Origin: Eledone cirrhosa | Lineage: Eukaryota | DNA: 64,000 nucleotides | Direction: 5' to 3' | NCBI GenBank assembly: GCA_964016885.1 | Contig: OZ024744.1 | Span: 62,434,001-62,498,000 of the forward strand | Shown: in pieces, positions 52,960 to 64,000 of the stretch | Layout of the letters: every line of letters starts with the position of its first letter | How positions within the stretch are numbered: position 1 is the stretch's first letter | Program-made: the position numbers and the translations under genes | The notes under the pieces: generated by a model | What the model was told of the DNA's origin: nothing | Databases searched by the model: none | Seen by the model: the letters and a program-made list of their open reading frames with translations, nothing else

Positions 52960-55847
52960 TAACACATAAAACAAAACATCTTCAACAAAACTTCAAACAA
53001 CCGGTATTCATTTACAAATGTTTACATACAACTTTGTACTTTTATGATTAGTAGTAATCATATTCATTATTCTGTCATGTTTATTCATTTTCAACAACTA
53101 ACTTCGCTTCACTTCAATTAGTGACCCTGACATGATTCGAACACGCAGCTTTCTGATTAATCAATATTTACCAAGCTTCACTTCAACATGGAACTATCAC
53201 CAGCATCATCGTCGTTACAAGCAGCAATATCCCTGTGGATCCCAACATTCTGGCTCCATGATCCTACAATTTGGTTCAGATATATCGAGGCCCAATTTGA
53301 AACACAATATTTCGGCAGACAAGACCAAAATTTCCCTTGTTGTTGGGGTGCTTTCCCCTCAGAGCCTGCAGAATATCCAGGATTTGCTTACAGCACCACC
53401 AGGCACATATTCATATGCCACATTTAGGTCTGAACTTGTAAATCGGACAACCGTCTCTCAGCAGCAACGGACTAGCCAGCTGCTTTATTCGAGGGCGTTA
53501 GGCGATAGGAAACCATCACAGTTCTTAAGACGGTTAAAGCAACAGTTGCAAAAGAACACCATGGAGCCGGCCATCTTGAAACAACTTTTCCTACAAAGGA
53601 TGCCGCCAGCCACTCACAGCATTTCGGTGGCCAGTGAAGCATCCACCCAATTGGGGCGCTAGCGGATTCAGCCGATAGAATCATGGAGGTAGCAGCATCA
53701 CTGTCATTTGTGGCCCAGGAGAGACACACACACACTAGTAAGCTCTTTTTCTTCCTCATTTTCTCCTTCTTCTCTTTCCTCCTCTTCTGTTTCGGAGGTG
53801 GTGACTCTTGAGGCTCGGGTGGAAAAACAGGACACACAATTGAACGCACTTATGGCTAAACTGCAGTTACAGCCACGCAGCAACGCTACCTCATCTTGGC
53901 GAGCTTTCCATCAGAGCCCGCGAGACCCGAGTCGTACCCGGGCGACCGATCCCATTTGCTATTACCACTGTAAATTCGGCAAAAGGGCCTGTGAATGCCA
54001 ATTGCCCTGTTCTTTTAGAAGGGACTCCCATTATGTTCCAGGAAACGATGTGGCCAGGTAGTAACGGCAGCAACTACACCAGGCTCTTCCAAACCTAGCC
54101 ACTTGTTCCACCTTAGCGACTGACCCACCAGTGTTTGTTTTCTGGTGGACACTGGGGCAGATGTTAATCATACCATCTGCCCTGGTGTCAGGCAGCAAGA
54201 AACCCACAGCAGTCCTTCTCAAGGCGGTGAACCTCTCTGCTATACTCACATGTGGAGAAAAGTCCTTAACCCTGGATCTTGGGCTCCACCGAGTTTTCCA
54301 ATGGATTTTTGTCATCACTAAGTTGCCAACTCTGATCCTAGGAGCAGATTTCCTACACCATTTCGGCCTCAAGGTGGACATTAAACACAACAGACTGATT
54401 GATTCCACCACTGGCTTCAGTGTTCAAGGTGTCAGCATTAGGATACCTTCCCTCAGCCCTGTTTTTTTTTAACCCAGTGCAGTCCACCAGATATGAGCTA
54501 TTCTGTGCCAGCACCCTGACATCTCACGCCCGATTTTTAACAGTCGGCCTGTAATCCACAGTGTTACACATCATATCGTGACTGAAGGCTCTCTGGTTTC
54601 TGCTAAATCATGGCGACTCACTCCTGACCGAGTTTCATATTTATAGGGAAAACTGTTTTTGTTGGAATCACTTCGTGTGGGTTGCGCCCTAAATCCATTT
54701 CATATAAAAGCTACACAGGCAAAAAATATGCTGGAACTGGGCATTGTTCATCCATCCAATAGCAGTTGGTCTTCCCCTCTTCACATGGTTCCAAGAAATC
54801 TATGGGTGACTGGCGACCATGTGCGGATTGTCAGTTTCTTAATACACACAAAACCCGATAAGTACCCGGTGTCTTAAATATAGGATTTCTCTCCTACCCT
54901 ACATGGAGCTAGGGTCTTTTTGAAAATCAACCTCGTGCGGACGTACAACCAGATTCCTGTTGAACTGGATGACATTCCGAAATGGTCATTACAACTACTT
55001 TCGATCTCTTTGAGTTCCTTAGACTGCCATTCGGTTTATGCAATGCTGCATCAACCGTCCAGCATTTCATCAACACAGTAGTATGTGGTTTACCCTTTAT
55101 CTACTCATATATTGATGATAGGCTGATAGCCAACACATTCCATGAGGAACACGAAAGGAACCTACAATTGCTTTTTGAGTGTTTTTCTCAGTTTGGTGTC
55201 ATCATCAACTCCGGCAAATGCCTTTTTGGTGTTTCTTCCCTTGATTTTCTGGGACAACACACCGACGAACAAGGAATCCATCCCCTCCACGACAAAGTTA
55301 AGCCCATTTTAGATTTTCCAACTATTACATCACCGAGGAAAGTATGTGAGTTCCTCGGCCTCATAAATTTTTAATGCCAGTTCATTCCTCGCTGTACAGA
55401 GTTTCTCCAGCCGCTAACAGACATCCTAAGGCAGTGCAAATGGAAGAACCAGCTTATCACTTTTGATGATACACAAGCAGCTGCTTTTCTTAAAATCAAG
55501 AGGGCCTTCGCAGAGGCAACAATGTTGGATCATCCCAAACCTGATGCACCGCTTTATTTGTTCGTCGATGTATTGCATGTCGGGGTCGGTGGCGTCCTTC
55601 AACAATGTGTAGACAATGGCATGGCAACCAATTTCTTTCTTCTCTAGGCAACTCAAACCGGCCGACAGAAAGTACATCACATTTGGTCGGGAACTTTTGG
55701 CACCGTGCCGACACATGTTAGAAGGTTCAGTGTTTTCTATTTACACAAACCATAAACTTCTCACGTACGCTTTATATTCCAAGCCTGATTGCCACTCACC
55801 TCGAAAAGTGCGCCAATTGGATTTTATATCCCAATATACTACGGATA
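52960..55847 (+). mobile_element. CsRn1-clade Gypsy LTR retrotransposon, 5' part (PBS, gag, PR, RT, RNase H), decayed
   Basis: tRNA-Trp PBS at 53119; gag PTFW..DP.IWF..IEAQF and CHCC motif CYYHCKFG..A..CQLPC; ILGADFL; RT LPFGL.NA, YIDD; WQPISFFSRQL..RELLA; 5' LTR boundary uncertain. Confidence 0.9.
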
Positions 55848-55895
55848 AAAAGATATTTGATAATATAATGCTTACAGAACGAAATCACAAACAAA

Positions 55896-57508
55896 TCTAT
55901 AATATAAAGCTGACGGTTGTATGTATGTAACAAACTTTTCGCCAAACGGCTGGACCAAACAGCACCAAATTTGCACCATAGATGTAACTTTTTCCAAGTA
56001 AAAAAGTGGGGGTATTTTTGTCTACTGAATTTTGTTAAAATATTAAAGACATTATTTAAACTAGCAGAAAAACCACTCTTCGGGTGGTTTTCTGCTAGCA
56101 TGTGTAGTGTGTATATTGATATTATACGCAAGTATATATACATGTAGATGTGATACATCAAATAAAATTGTAATTGACAATATACACAGAAATTGAATGA
56201 AGACTGTGTTACACTGTCTTATGTAATCAGTAACGTAATCCATGATACATATAAAAAAAAAAACGATATTATATATAAACTGCATTAGGAGAAAATTAGT
56301 GACAGAAAATTAATATGTTTATTTAAGCGATCGCCACCGGAAGTGTTGACATTTGAAAATTTTAAAGAAGTGAATCTTTAAATAAATAATAAAATATATT
56401 TAATGAACAGCCACGAAATTTAGTAGATAAATTATGTACTATTCATTCATTATTTATTCAAAGTTAACGTTGCCTTTCATCCTTACGGGGTTGATAAAAT
56501 AAAGTACCAGTAATGTGCTGGGTAATTGCTGGCCTTGTGCCTAAAGTAGAAACAATTATTTATTCAAAGTAATCCAACTTATTTTACTAATGGGATAAAA
56601 AATTATAAACCGTACACAGTCCCCCGCTTCTTACTTTATTATAGTTTAGATATTCACTTTTTTTAAATTTCAAATGTCAAAACTTCCAGTTATACGACAT
56701 TCCTCACTCTTTCTTAGTCTGTCTTTTTAGATAGATACATAGTTATAACGTCGTGCCCTTATAATATATCTCTGTATGTCTGGTTCTCAACATTAGATAA
56801 CGTTTTTCGAAATATTTACTTCTGCGTTCACAGATTGATTTTTTTTTAGTTTCAGAAGATCCCGTTAAGGGTGAAAGCAGCGATTCTTTGCTTAAACTTT
56901 AATCTGTTATTTTAATATATATATGTTCGTGTACAGATATTTTTGCATATACAAAAACAAAATATAAACAAACCTATTTATTTCACGAAAGCACAGACGG
57001 CATATCGTCATTGTTACTGCCGATGTGCCACCCAAAAAGTCCCAGCCTGGCCGCAAGATCAGATTTTCCAGAAGAAAAAATGTTACTAGAGCAAGAGAGT
57101 CTGAAGATGATCATGAAAGTCGGCTTCAGCAGATGAGGACTCAAGCGAGAGCCATTCGATCAGCCCAGTCTCAAGAGCAGCGCCAGTCTCGCCTTCAGCA
57201 ACTGAGGTCCCGTGCAGAAGGCAGGAGAGCAACACAGACAGAACAAACCAGATTGGAGCAGGTGAGTTCACAAGCTGATTGCATCCACATTGCATTACAA
57301 CATCAGTGTGCCATACAGGTCCTTGCAAAACTGAGTCTGATATTTAACCATTCAAACCCAACATCAGAGCACGTTAACCCCCCACCCCACCCACCCCCGC
57401 TGACTTGAGAGGGAGTGCGGTATCTTTGCACTGGAGTGGAGGGAGGGATTCCTGAAAAGATAAAATGCTGGTATATCTAGCCGGGCGCCAGCTGGACGGG
57501 CCAGCTAG
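55896..57508 (+). mobile_element. Non-autonomous Helitron retaining a RepHel-like N-terminus
   Basis: A|TC start, GC-rich end with CTAG|T; PPKK..RESEDDHESRLQQMR..QSQEQRQSRLQQLR (57025-57270) resembles STPR-like repeats; removing the element restores an inverted repeat in the flanks. Confidence 0.8.
56061..56650 (-). mobile_element. Second Helitron nested in the first, itself carrying a SINE (56465-56570)
   Basis: Minus strand A|TCtaaactataataaag at 56650; end aaaaccacccgaagagtggttttt..CTAG|T at 56061; SINE TSD attatttattcaaagt at 56449-56464 and 56555-56570. Confidence 0.75.
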
Positions 57509-57684
57509 TATTATATAAATGAAAGGGAAAGGTAAAACAAAATGAAAGAGGAAAAGAAAGAGAAAAGAAAAAATACATAAGCAGGTAGCACACACATAGC
57601 GAGATTGGTGGTCCAGTTGGTAGTTGATTGTGTATTGGTGTTGATTCGTTTGTTGTGTGTGTGTGTGCTCACTTGTAGATTGCT

Positions 57685-59502
57685 GAGATATGTAGTGTTC
57701 CGCATTGCAAGGCAGTGTGTCAGTGTAAATCAAGATGTTATTGGAGATAAGTGTGTCCGTAATGATGCGGGTGTACCTAGTAACACTGATGCTCAAAAAC
57801 AGGAGGTCTGGAAATGTCATTATGAGAGACTGATGAATATTGAGAATGAATGGGAGAGAGAGAAACTACCCCCAGTAGACCCGACAGAGGGGCCAGTTAT
57901 TGAGATTGACGACTCAAAGAGGCAATTAAGGAAATGAAAAGTGGTAAGGCCACTGGACTGTCAGAGATAGTTGCTGAGATGCTGAAGACACCAGGAGAAG
58001 TAGGAACTAAACTGGCTGCACACATCGTCAATCAAGCTATATATGGCGGAGTCATACCCAAAGACTGGTGCAGCACTATTCTTATAAATTGCTTCAAAGG
58101 TAAAGAGGGTGCTCTGGAGAGGAACAATTATAGGGGTATAAAACTGATGGAACAGGTTATGAAAGAGGCAGAGAGAATATTAGCGCAACTAATTAGAGAA
58201 AGGGTCAAATTAGATGAAATGCAATTTAGTTTTGTGCCTGGCAAAAGCACAACAGATGACCTCTTCTTAGTGAGACAACTTAGTGAGAGGTTCTTAGAGA
58301 AGAATAAGCCACTATACTTAGCCTTTGTTAACCTAGAGAAGGCCTTTGATAGAGTACCTTGATCTGTCAGTGCAAGCTATATACAGGGGTGCTGTCAGTA
58401 AAGTGAGAGTAGGAATGGAGTTTATGAGGAATTCCAGATACAAGTAGGAGTGCATCAAGGTTTGGTCCTCAGCCCGCTCTTGTTCCTTATAGTCCTACAA
58501 GCCATAACAGAGGAGTTTAAGATTGGATGCCCATGGGAACTTCTCTATGCTGGCGATCTAGTTCTTATAGCAGAATCAGTAGAGGAGCTAGAGAATAAAT
58601 TCTGGCTATGGAAACAGCAGTTGGAAGCAAGAGGACTGAGAGTGAACCTAGCTAAGACAAAAGTGTTGATAAGTAGAAAAGAGGACAAAACTCTGATTCC
58701 GTCAGGGAAATGGCCATGTTCGATATGTAGAAAAGGAGATAGCATAAATTCTATAAAATGTACACAATGCAGATCTTGGGTACACAAGAGATGTAGTGGG
58801 ATATCAGGCAAACTAACAGGTAGGGAAAACTACATATGCAGTAGATGTTCAGGGAAATTTGACAGTAGAAGTCGCAGTGAAAGACACATTTTTCAAATGC
58901 AGGTAGGATCTATAGAGGTCGTTGATAGCTTCCGAAACCTAGGTGATCAGATTAGCAAGGGAGGAGGGTGCTCCAAGGTCATAGTATCTAGAATAAGGAC
59001 AGGTCGGAAGAAGTTTAGGGAGCTGCTTCCTCTGTTGACAACGAAGGGTTTCTCCCTACGTACGAAAGGCCAGTTATATGTGCGATACTGTGAGACATGG
59101 GCAGCAACTGCGGACGATATGCGACAGCTGGAGAGAAATGAAGCAAGCATGCTCCATTGGATGTGCAATGACAATGTGCGTGAATGACCAAGCATAGACG
59201 AGTTGAGAGAGAAACTGTGTATAAGATGGATAGGCTGTAGTGTGCGAGAGAGAAGACTGTGTTGGTATGGACATGTGATGCACATGGAGGATGACCGCTG
59301 GGTAAAGAAGTGCCAAGAAATCCCAGTAGAAGGAAGACCACGAGAAACACGCGCAGAGGTGGTGAGAGCTGACCTCAGATCACTGAAGCTCACGGAAGAA
59401 ATGACGAAGTACCGTGACTTATAGAGAGATGCTGTGTTGAATAGAATCCATCCCACCCTTGCAATCAGGGAAAATCGGGCGTAAAATGATGATGATGATG
59501 AT
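57685..59502 (+). mobile_element. 5'-truncated RTE family B (RT with intact PHD-like insert)
   Basis: NYRGIKLM..AFVNLEKAFDRVP, LSPLLF, LYAGDL, C4HC3 at 58717-58848, (GAT)n tail. Confidence 0.9.
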
Positions 59503-60032
59503 AATACCAAACCGCTATATTATTAATTTATTGAATATTGCTCACGCTGAAGCTATACGAAAAATACACATGAATAATGGAAGTTATTTGTTGTACTTGC
59601 CAAAACACTTTGTAAACTTCACTGGTTTGGTCGAGAGAGAGACTAAGAAATAGAGAGTGAGTGAAAGAGAGAGTCAGAGTAAGCAGGACCCAAAGGGTCT
59701 GTGTAAAGCAATAGTTTACATGTTTACTCTATGAAGAATTGCTCTGAACTGCCTGGCCTGGTCTAAGGAAAGCTATTTATGGATGTCTTGTCTCCAAGAC
59801 TTGAGAATAAAGGCCTGACCTTTTGATATCATCCAATCTCAGACCTGTTGACTCCCGAAAGGAGATAACCCAGAAAATGACCGTTAAATGTTGCTCAGGG
59901 TCAATGTGTGATAGGTTTTGTTACACATACATCTAGGACCACATACAACAAAAGGCAGGTGAAAGGGGTGGACAACTAGGCCACTATCAGAGTAAAAGAT
60001 AACAGTATAGCGAGGAGCACTGGGAAACCTCT

Positions 60033-60745
60033 CTAATGATTTTTGAGGCAAGCCAGCACGCTTACAGCATTACCTTGGATGATGGCGAGGTTGATACACT
60101 GGAACAACCAAGTGCTTTCGCGAGCTTCACCAGTTACCTCTGTTAGGTGAGTTGCCAGTGAAGATAGGAATCTCGCAGTTAGTACTCCGACTCTCCCAAA
60201 CGTCTTGAACACCACATGGTGGAAAATGTAGTTGGCCAACAAATCACAGTATTTTATTATTTTGTTCCGTTCGGCTGAGGAAGCTGTGGCTCTCGCCCTA
60301 ACCGTAGCATTCAGGATTTGGGAAGAAGCAAAAGAGTCACTAACTGTGTTCCAGAGAAGGTATTTGCCTCTTAACCTGGGGCACAGGGTAAGGCCGTCAG
60401 GTCTTTTCCCACCAATTCTGGACAACCCAGATGGTTTCACGATCGAGGGGATGTTCGGCCGGGCCAAAGCTCTCTTGAGAATAAATTTTAGCTCCGTGTG
60501 ACGCGCGAAGCGGCCGGCATTCAGGCGGCAAGAAAGATTGTGGAAGCCTGTGGAGTCCAGGAATTTGCCGCATCAACACCTCAAACCCATGCAGACGTCA
60601 GCTCCCACTCTGAGGGCGATGGAGATGCGAAGCTCATCCAAACTGCGTAGGCCACCAACGTTAGTCACGGGTAGGGCATCAACCAAGTCACTTACGTATT
60701 CAGCGCTGGCAGATAGTAAGCGGCACCTTGAAAACTGATCTGACT
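60033..60745 (-). mobile_element. CRE-like non-LTR fragment (zinc knuckle plus RLE)
   Basis: ELRISIALRVG..C.CG...GFH.LSC..GRFARH; PSGLSR.GGKRPDGLTL.P..G..LLW; WLFQ.I.LAI.QGNA. Confidence 0.8.
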
Positions 60746-60990
60746 AGTCGAAGAGAGTGAAAGGTGCTCCTCGAATGTATGCTGTCCCAAGCTCTCTGAC
60801 TTTGTCTGTCCTCTGCCTTGTTTTTCTTTTCTCTTTCTTTTCCTTTACCTATTTTGTTTTTCCTTTCCTTTCCTTTCCTTTCCTTTCCTTTCCTTTCCTT
60901 TCCTTTCCTTTATATAATATTTGTTTTGCTTTCGTTCTGTAACTACTATATTACTATATCTCTTTTTATACAACTGTGAATAGAACTATA

Positions 60991-61750
60991 AATATACTAT
61001 GGATATTCGCCATTTTAAGGGTTCAGACAACTCTGCAGCCGACGCCCTTTGTCGCGTACACTTTAGGTGCACTACACACCTCTTCACACCAGTTCAAATC
61101 AAATCTTTGTAACGAATTGACACGCCTCCTAGGTTGTAACTGAACATGTCCAACAGCTTATCAACCTGCAGCTAACAGTAAGGTGGAATGTTTCCATTCA
61201 CAATTAAAATCTGCTCTTAGAGCCTATGTTAACAACAGCAACTGGTTGGAAATTTTACCTCTCATCCTTCTTGTAATGCGCTCCCTCGTAAAATGACTTG
61301 GTTTTATGCCAGTTGAGTTGGTTTATGGCATGACATTGGTATTACCCGGGCAATCTCAACACCCTGCAGATCCAATGAACTATATCCATTGCCTATGGAT
61401 TTACATGGCAAACCTGCCATCCATTGTCCCTCACCCTCAAAGTATGACTACTCAAGTTCCATATGACATACAGAAATGTTTTTGTCAGGAAGGACACCAT
61501 CAGAGCTCTTTTGCAACCACCATACTCTGGGTCTACCAAGTACTCAAAAGGACATCCAAGCATTTCATTTTGGACATTAATGGAAAGAGGGATACTGTCA
61601 GTGTTGACCGGCTAAAAAAGCTCATGTTTATTTGGGTGAACCCTCACCGTCAGATCAAGTAAACACAACAACAACGCGTCCATCCACCGGTAATCCGAAC
61701 CATGCCAACAACAAGCACCAGCTCCGGTTGACATATGTACTGGCCATCTA
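60991..61750 (+). mobile_element. Gypsy 3' part (RNase H end, integrase remnant)
   Basis: DIRHFKGSDNSAADAL, TAYQPAAN.KVE.FH.QLK.AL, PVELVYG..L.LPG, DTVSVDRLK; no matching 3' LTR seen. Confidence 0.85.
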
Positions 61751-62328
61751 TCTCGCTATGCCCAAAATGTTGAATAACTTTCTTCATCTCATCTAGAATT
61801 TGTCCATTTTGATTGATTTATTTATTTTATCATTTTTACGGTATTTTTTCTCTCTCTCCATTTCTACAAGTTTTAGCAGAGCTGTTTTCATGGTGCATAA
61901 CAATAATCTATCCATGCGTGATTTGGTTTCTGTAGACCAATTGTAAGTCACGCATGGCTATTATCAACTTCCACCCAGCTAGAAGATTTTCCCGCTTCTT
62001 TTGTTTTTCACTCTAACCAGTTGCTGCTTTGACATCAAAAGGTAAACATCCATTTTTCATTGCCGTGTCCACACCAAGCACTATGCAACGGTAAAAAAAC
62101 AACTTCGGCCTGGTCAGCCACCTGGTCAACTGTACTTTATTAACATATAACATTTAATTTGTTTGATCTTTTTATTTGGCATACCAACACAACTTTTGTA
62201 ACTATATTTCGGTTTGTAAATAAATTATGTAAAATATTATAAGGTGTTATAATACTTTTTACCACTGCTGTTACCTTGGACGTGATATGGGGAAAATCCT
62301 TTTCAAAAGGTTCTTATCACGACAACAG

Positions 62329-62670
62329 TGTAGCAGGAGTTGCCTCCCTTGTTGTGACACTCACAACCCCAATAGATTAACGCTCTCTAGACAGGAAGTA
62401 GAACCCTTTCTGTAACTTCCGGTCAGAACCCTATAAAACTAACAACTTTAAGTTCTCTATCTCTCATTTTGCCTTTCCGGCCCCTGGCCTTCGCCAGGCG
62501 TCTTCTGCCAGGCAACCAAAACGGTAACTAATAACTTTGCTTCATTGTTTCATCTATTCATTGACATGTTAACTATACTGTTCTATATATATCCACAAAA
62601 TGTTAATTAAATATTATACACACAAACCAATCGTCTTTGTTATACTCATACACACTAGTATTTTGCTATA
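62329..62670 (+). mobile_element. Probable solo LTR
   Basis: Ends tgtagca / tgctata, 4-bp TSD acag (62325-62328, 62671-62674), internal TATAAAA. Confidence 0.55.
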
Positions 62671-62857
62671 ACAGCAAAGTCTCTTTTTCGTGGCGATAAT
62701 CTCACGACCGAATAACAACTAATTTCAACATCTACGTTAGATAGACGAGTCTTTGAATGCAGAGAATTTGTGACAGTTACAAAGAAATAAAGTATTCTCA
62801 TTCTGCTATGTATCGGGTCTAGAATTGGAATTGATGAGTTAATATCTGTAACCAACA

Positions 62858-64000
62858 GCTACAACGGTACGCGATGGGGCCCACCCACAGCCCCGGTGGA
62901 CAGAATGGAGAAGACGTTTTCCCAGAAAACAGCAAGGGAGACGCGCTGGAAAAGCCACTCCAACTCGCGGGGCTCACACCTGCAGCTAGTGAGTAAGGAG
63001 GTAGCCCTGGGGCCGAGGACACCAGAAGTCTCCACTGCCAGGGGTACGACCGCAAACCTGTCGGAGAGCGACCGGTATTTGAGGAGTTTGGCCACCTCAG
63101 CCCGATGCGCAGCAGAACCTGGGTCAGTCACAGACTGCACCAGTTTGCGGCTGCAGAAAGTGTTGATGCATCCCAGACGAGGGGTTTGCCACCGCGGAAC
63201 GGGAAGATGGTCATGCCATCTGGCCTTTTGCCGTCCCCTCGATCCAGCCCCACCGGCTCGAGCTGGGAAGGGAAGCCTGCAGCATCCAAGCCATGCTTAA
63301 TGAACTCGTTGAGGACAGCATGGAATGCGACCGGCACTATGGCGACAGGAAAGCAGGTGGAGGTCGAAAGAGTCCACGGTGGAACCGCAGCGACATTGGT
63401 GTGGCTGGCAGATCCAGAGGCCGAGCCTCAGGGAAATGCCGATTCGCAGGCTATGGTTGTCTAGCTGCGTGCCAGTGGAGAAGGAGGGCAGGGCAGGGCA
63501 TGGAGCCAGGCACCTCTGTGGGGTTGGAGGCCGCACGAAAACAAGCAAGGCGGTGCTGGTCGGGCTTGCGCGTAAGACTGTCTGAGACCAGGCTGCACTG
63601 GATGGCAACAGGGGGAGAAGAAGGAGGGACATCTACTGGGCTAAGTCCCAGCCGGTCCCACGTCTCACAAGCGGCCTCACATTCTCTGAACACAGAGGGT
63701 TCTGTGGTGTTTTGAAGAACCCTGCTGATGTGTTCGCAGCACGAGGTTACCGGCGAAAGATACGTCGGCAAAGCTAGTGAGATCGGGAACCGGAGACCAA
63801 GGCCGCCATACCTGACAGGTAAAGTGGCCTGTTGCCACCCTATGTCGTCAAACTTGACGTTGCATATCCCCTCGGCTGTTGCTTGGATACAAGTATCAAG
63901 GTCAGCGAGGAGAGATGTCCGGGTGCAGCATGGAGCGCTGCGGAGTGTATAGAGGAGCTTCGGCATGGCGAAGCAGTTCCTCAGCAGAAAGAGAGCTGGG
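62858..64000 (-). mobile_element. CRE-like non-LTR retrotransposon 3' half, running off the window
   Basis: LLRNCFAMPKLLYTLRS, QATLPVR.GGLG, C.CG..D..HLLSC, EPVGLDRGDGKRPDGMT.FPF..GKPLVWD, WLFQRVSLAV..EN; frameshifted, GC-rich. Confidence 0.85.

Noticed and set aside
54632-54706. Small insert in Gypsy pol with tttcatat direct repeats, possible MITE
   Set aside because: Inverted ends are too weak and the repeat does not match the expected target sequence; left unclassified

Overview
AT-rich eukaryotic DNA that is almost entirely non-genic. The repeat content (tRNA-head SINEs, RTE LINEs with (GAT)n tails, very long trinucleotide arrays) resembles an octopod cephalopod genome; this is recognition from memory, not a database result. 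I see no intact host protein-coding gene. The long ORFs in the track are either microsatellite translations or decayed transposon ORFs. The window is a densely nested graveyard of RTE LINEs (several families, one near full length), CR1 and Jockey/CR1-like fragments, three CRE-like RLE elements, Penelope-like elements, a CsRn1-type Gypsy, a solo LTR, three non-autonomous Helitrons, hAT MITEs and an Hsmar2-like mariner. Highlights: (1) type I hammerhead ribozymes, two of them in a 175-bp inverted repeat flanking a structured non-coding insert; (2) a C4HC3 PHD-like finger inside the RT domain of the RTE LINEs; (3) a ~39-nt tRNA-Trp primer-binding site; (4) a five-layer nested insertion bounded by hidden inverted ends and a 15-bp TSD; (5) a ~306-bp inverted duplication anchored on a hAT MITE. 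The first ~6 kb is TE-poor and may hold the 5' end of a minus-strand gene. Coordinates were read by eye, and boundaries of decayed elements are approximate.
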